Shown piece by piece: positions 62,811 to 64,000 of a stretch of DNA of 64,000 nt. The stretch covers positions 189,583 to 253,582 of the forward strand of contig RDEW01000036.1 of the NCBI GenBank assembly GCA_011109175.1, given 5' to 3'. Under the pieces are notes generated by a model, which saw only the letters and a list, made by a program, of their open reading frames with translations, was not told the origin of the DNA and did no database searches. The stretch's first letter is position 1, and the number at the start of each line of letters is the position of its first letter. Position numbers and translations under genes: made by a program. The stretch is from Dicyema japonicum. Taxonomy: Eukaryota; Animalia; Dicyemida.

Positions 62811-64000
62811 GGGTAGATGGTCTTTAATAGAAATTAAAGGACAAAAAGGAAACAAATACCACAATGAGAATGTCATTAGAATTTAAATATATTATCTGTT
62901 GGATAGCTATTTCTGTTTCAATTATGTGATCATAATAACTGGGAGCCTTTTCCCATGAAGCGGTTCTGTTGAGATTCCAGCAAGTGAAGAGGATAATGGT
63001 CCCACGTAAATGAAGGTTGTGTGTTTGAAGGCCAAAAGAAAGGTTACCACGTGGCGATTGAAGTAGCAGATATAGTAATACAATTTTGCTGAAAGTAGTC
63101 TAAGTAGATGGAAAAGACTACTTATAAGAATGCCAAAATAGTGCCCTCGAGGGTTATTAGTAGGCGTCGAATAAACAGGTGAGAGAAATTAAATAATAAT
63201 TTTGTTTAAAGAATCAAGTCTGTTATTGTGCCAATTATAGATAACTTGACGGAACACTAACGAGATTTTAAATTGAGGAGTCTAAAAACAACCCATTAGA
63301 TCATATTGAGAATCCTCCCCAAGATATGAGGAAACATTTACATCATCTATATTTGTAAGTCAAATAAAATTAAATTCTGATGGTTTATATTAATATCAAT
63401 ATTCCACATTAATTCCACAGGTCGACATTAATTCAGGATTAATTAAGTAATCTACTATCTTCCTCATATTCCCAGTCTAGTCGGTAAAATTGTCAAAATA
63501 AATGTCGTCCACGTGGTCACTAACAGGGACTGATCTTCTAGATTTATATTTTGTAAGGTTTCGTTGGCTAATATCCGGGAAGAACTGGATTACATAATGA
63601 GTAGGGAAAGTAAATAAAGTCAATTTCAATTCAGAGTTAGACTTTATTTTAAAAATAATGATTAATTTAAAAAAATGTCAAAAAAAGGTTTCTATAAAAA
63701 GTTTTTAGGTCAACTTTTTAGATTTTTAGGTCAATTTTTAAATACAAATTTAAATATAATTATATCATAATTTTAAGCGTACGGTTCTACAGAAATATTA
63801 GTGGAGATAATAAGAAGGGAGTGCTGAATTTCGATGAAGGGGAATGTCTACCTTTTGGACAACCATTTGGAATGAGAGTGATCGAAAGGAGAGCAAATTC
63901 TTGTTGAACAAGAGAGTGACTGGATCTGAAAATTCTTATGCCGATTTACAAAGGAAGCGATCGTCGATACTATCAAGATGCTTCCAAATTGGAAAGCGTC

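Noticed and set aside
1-64000. CRISPR arrays, rRNA genes, prokaryotic operons, LTR/Gypsy elements
   Set aside because: No regularly spaced repeats, rRNA-like segments or integrase/RNase H motifs seen; the genes have spliceosomal introns.
63844-64000. Open frame MSTFWTTIW.. running off the right edge
   Set aside because: Only 52 codons are visible and there is no recognisable motif.

Overview
AT-rich eukaryotic (animal) nuclear DNA from a very compact-gene organism. About 13 host genes can be rebuilt by hand once very short spliceosomal introns (about 50 modelled, nearly all 20-33 nt) are allowed: tetraspanin, CWC21/SRRM2, TBATA/C4orf17-like, prohibitin 1, dynactin p62, adducin-like, two bZIP factors, an acylated adenylate-kinase-like protein, thymidylate synthase, ISCA1, LACTB and an SH3-less endophilin. 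This intron size, with animal-type genes and a cilium/sperm-associated gene, fits a dicyemid mesozoan best (inference, not proven). A large part of the window is transposable-element DNA: RTE, Jockey/I-like, CRE, R2/R4-like and CR1-like non-LTR retrotransposons, hAT and pogo-like DNA elements, and a tRNA-derived SINE family. Several insertions are nested and have readable target-site duplications (TSDs). The most interesting signals are: two 22-nt LACTB introns that need non-AG acceptors, GC-AG micro-introns, a SINE sharing its 3' end with an RTE LINE, a conserved 5' motif across diverged RTE families, and repeated single-base frameshifts in conserved genes, which may simply be assembly errors. 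All gene models are manual and lack transcript support. Family assignments come from motif recognition, not database searches. Coordinates of degenerate elements are approximate.
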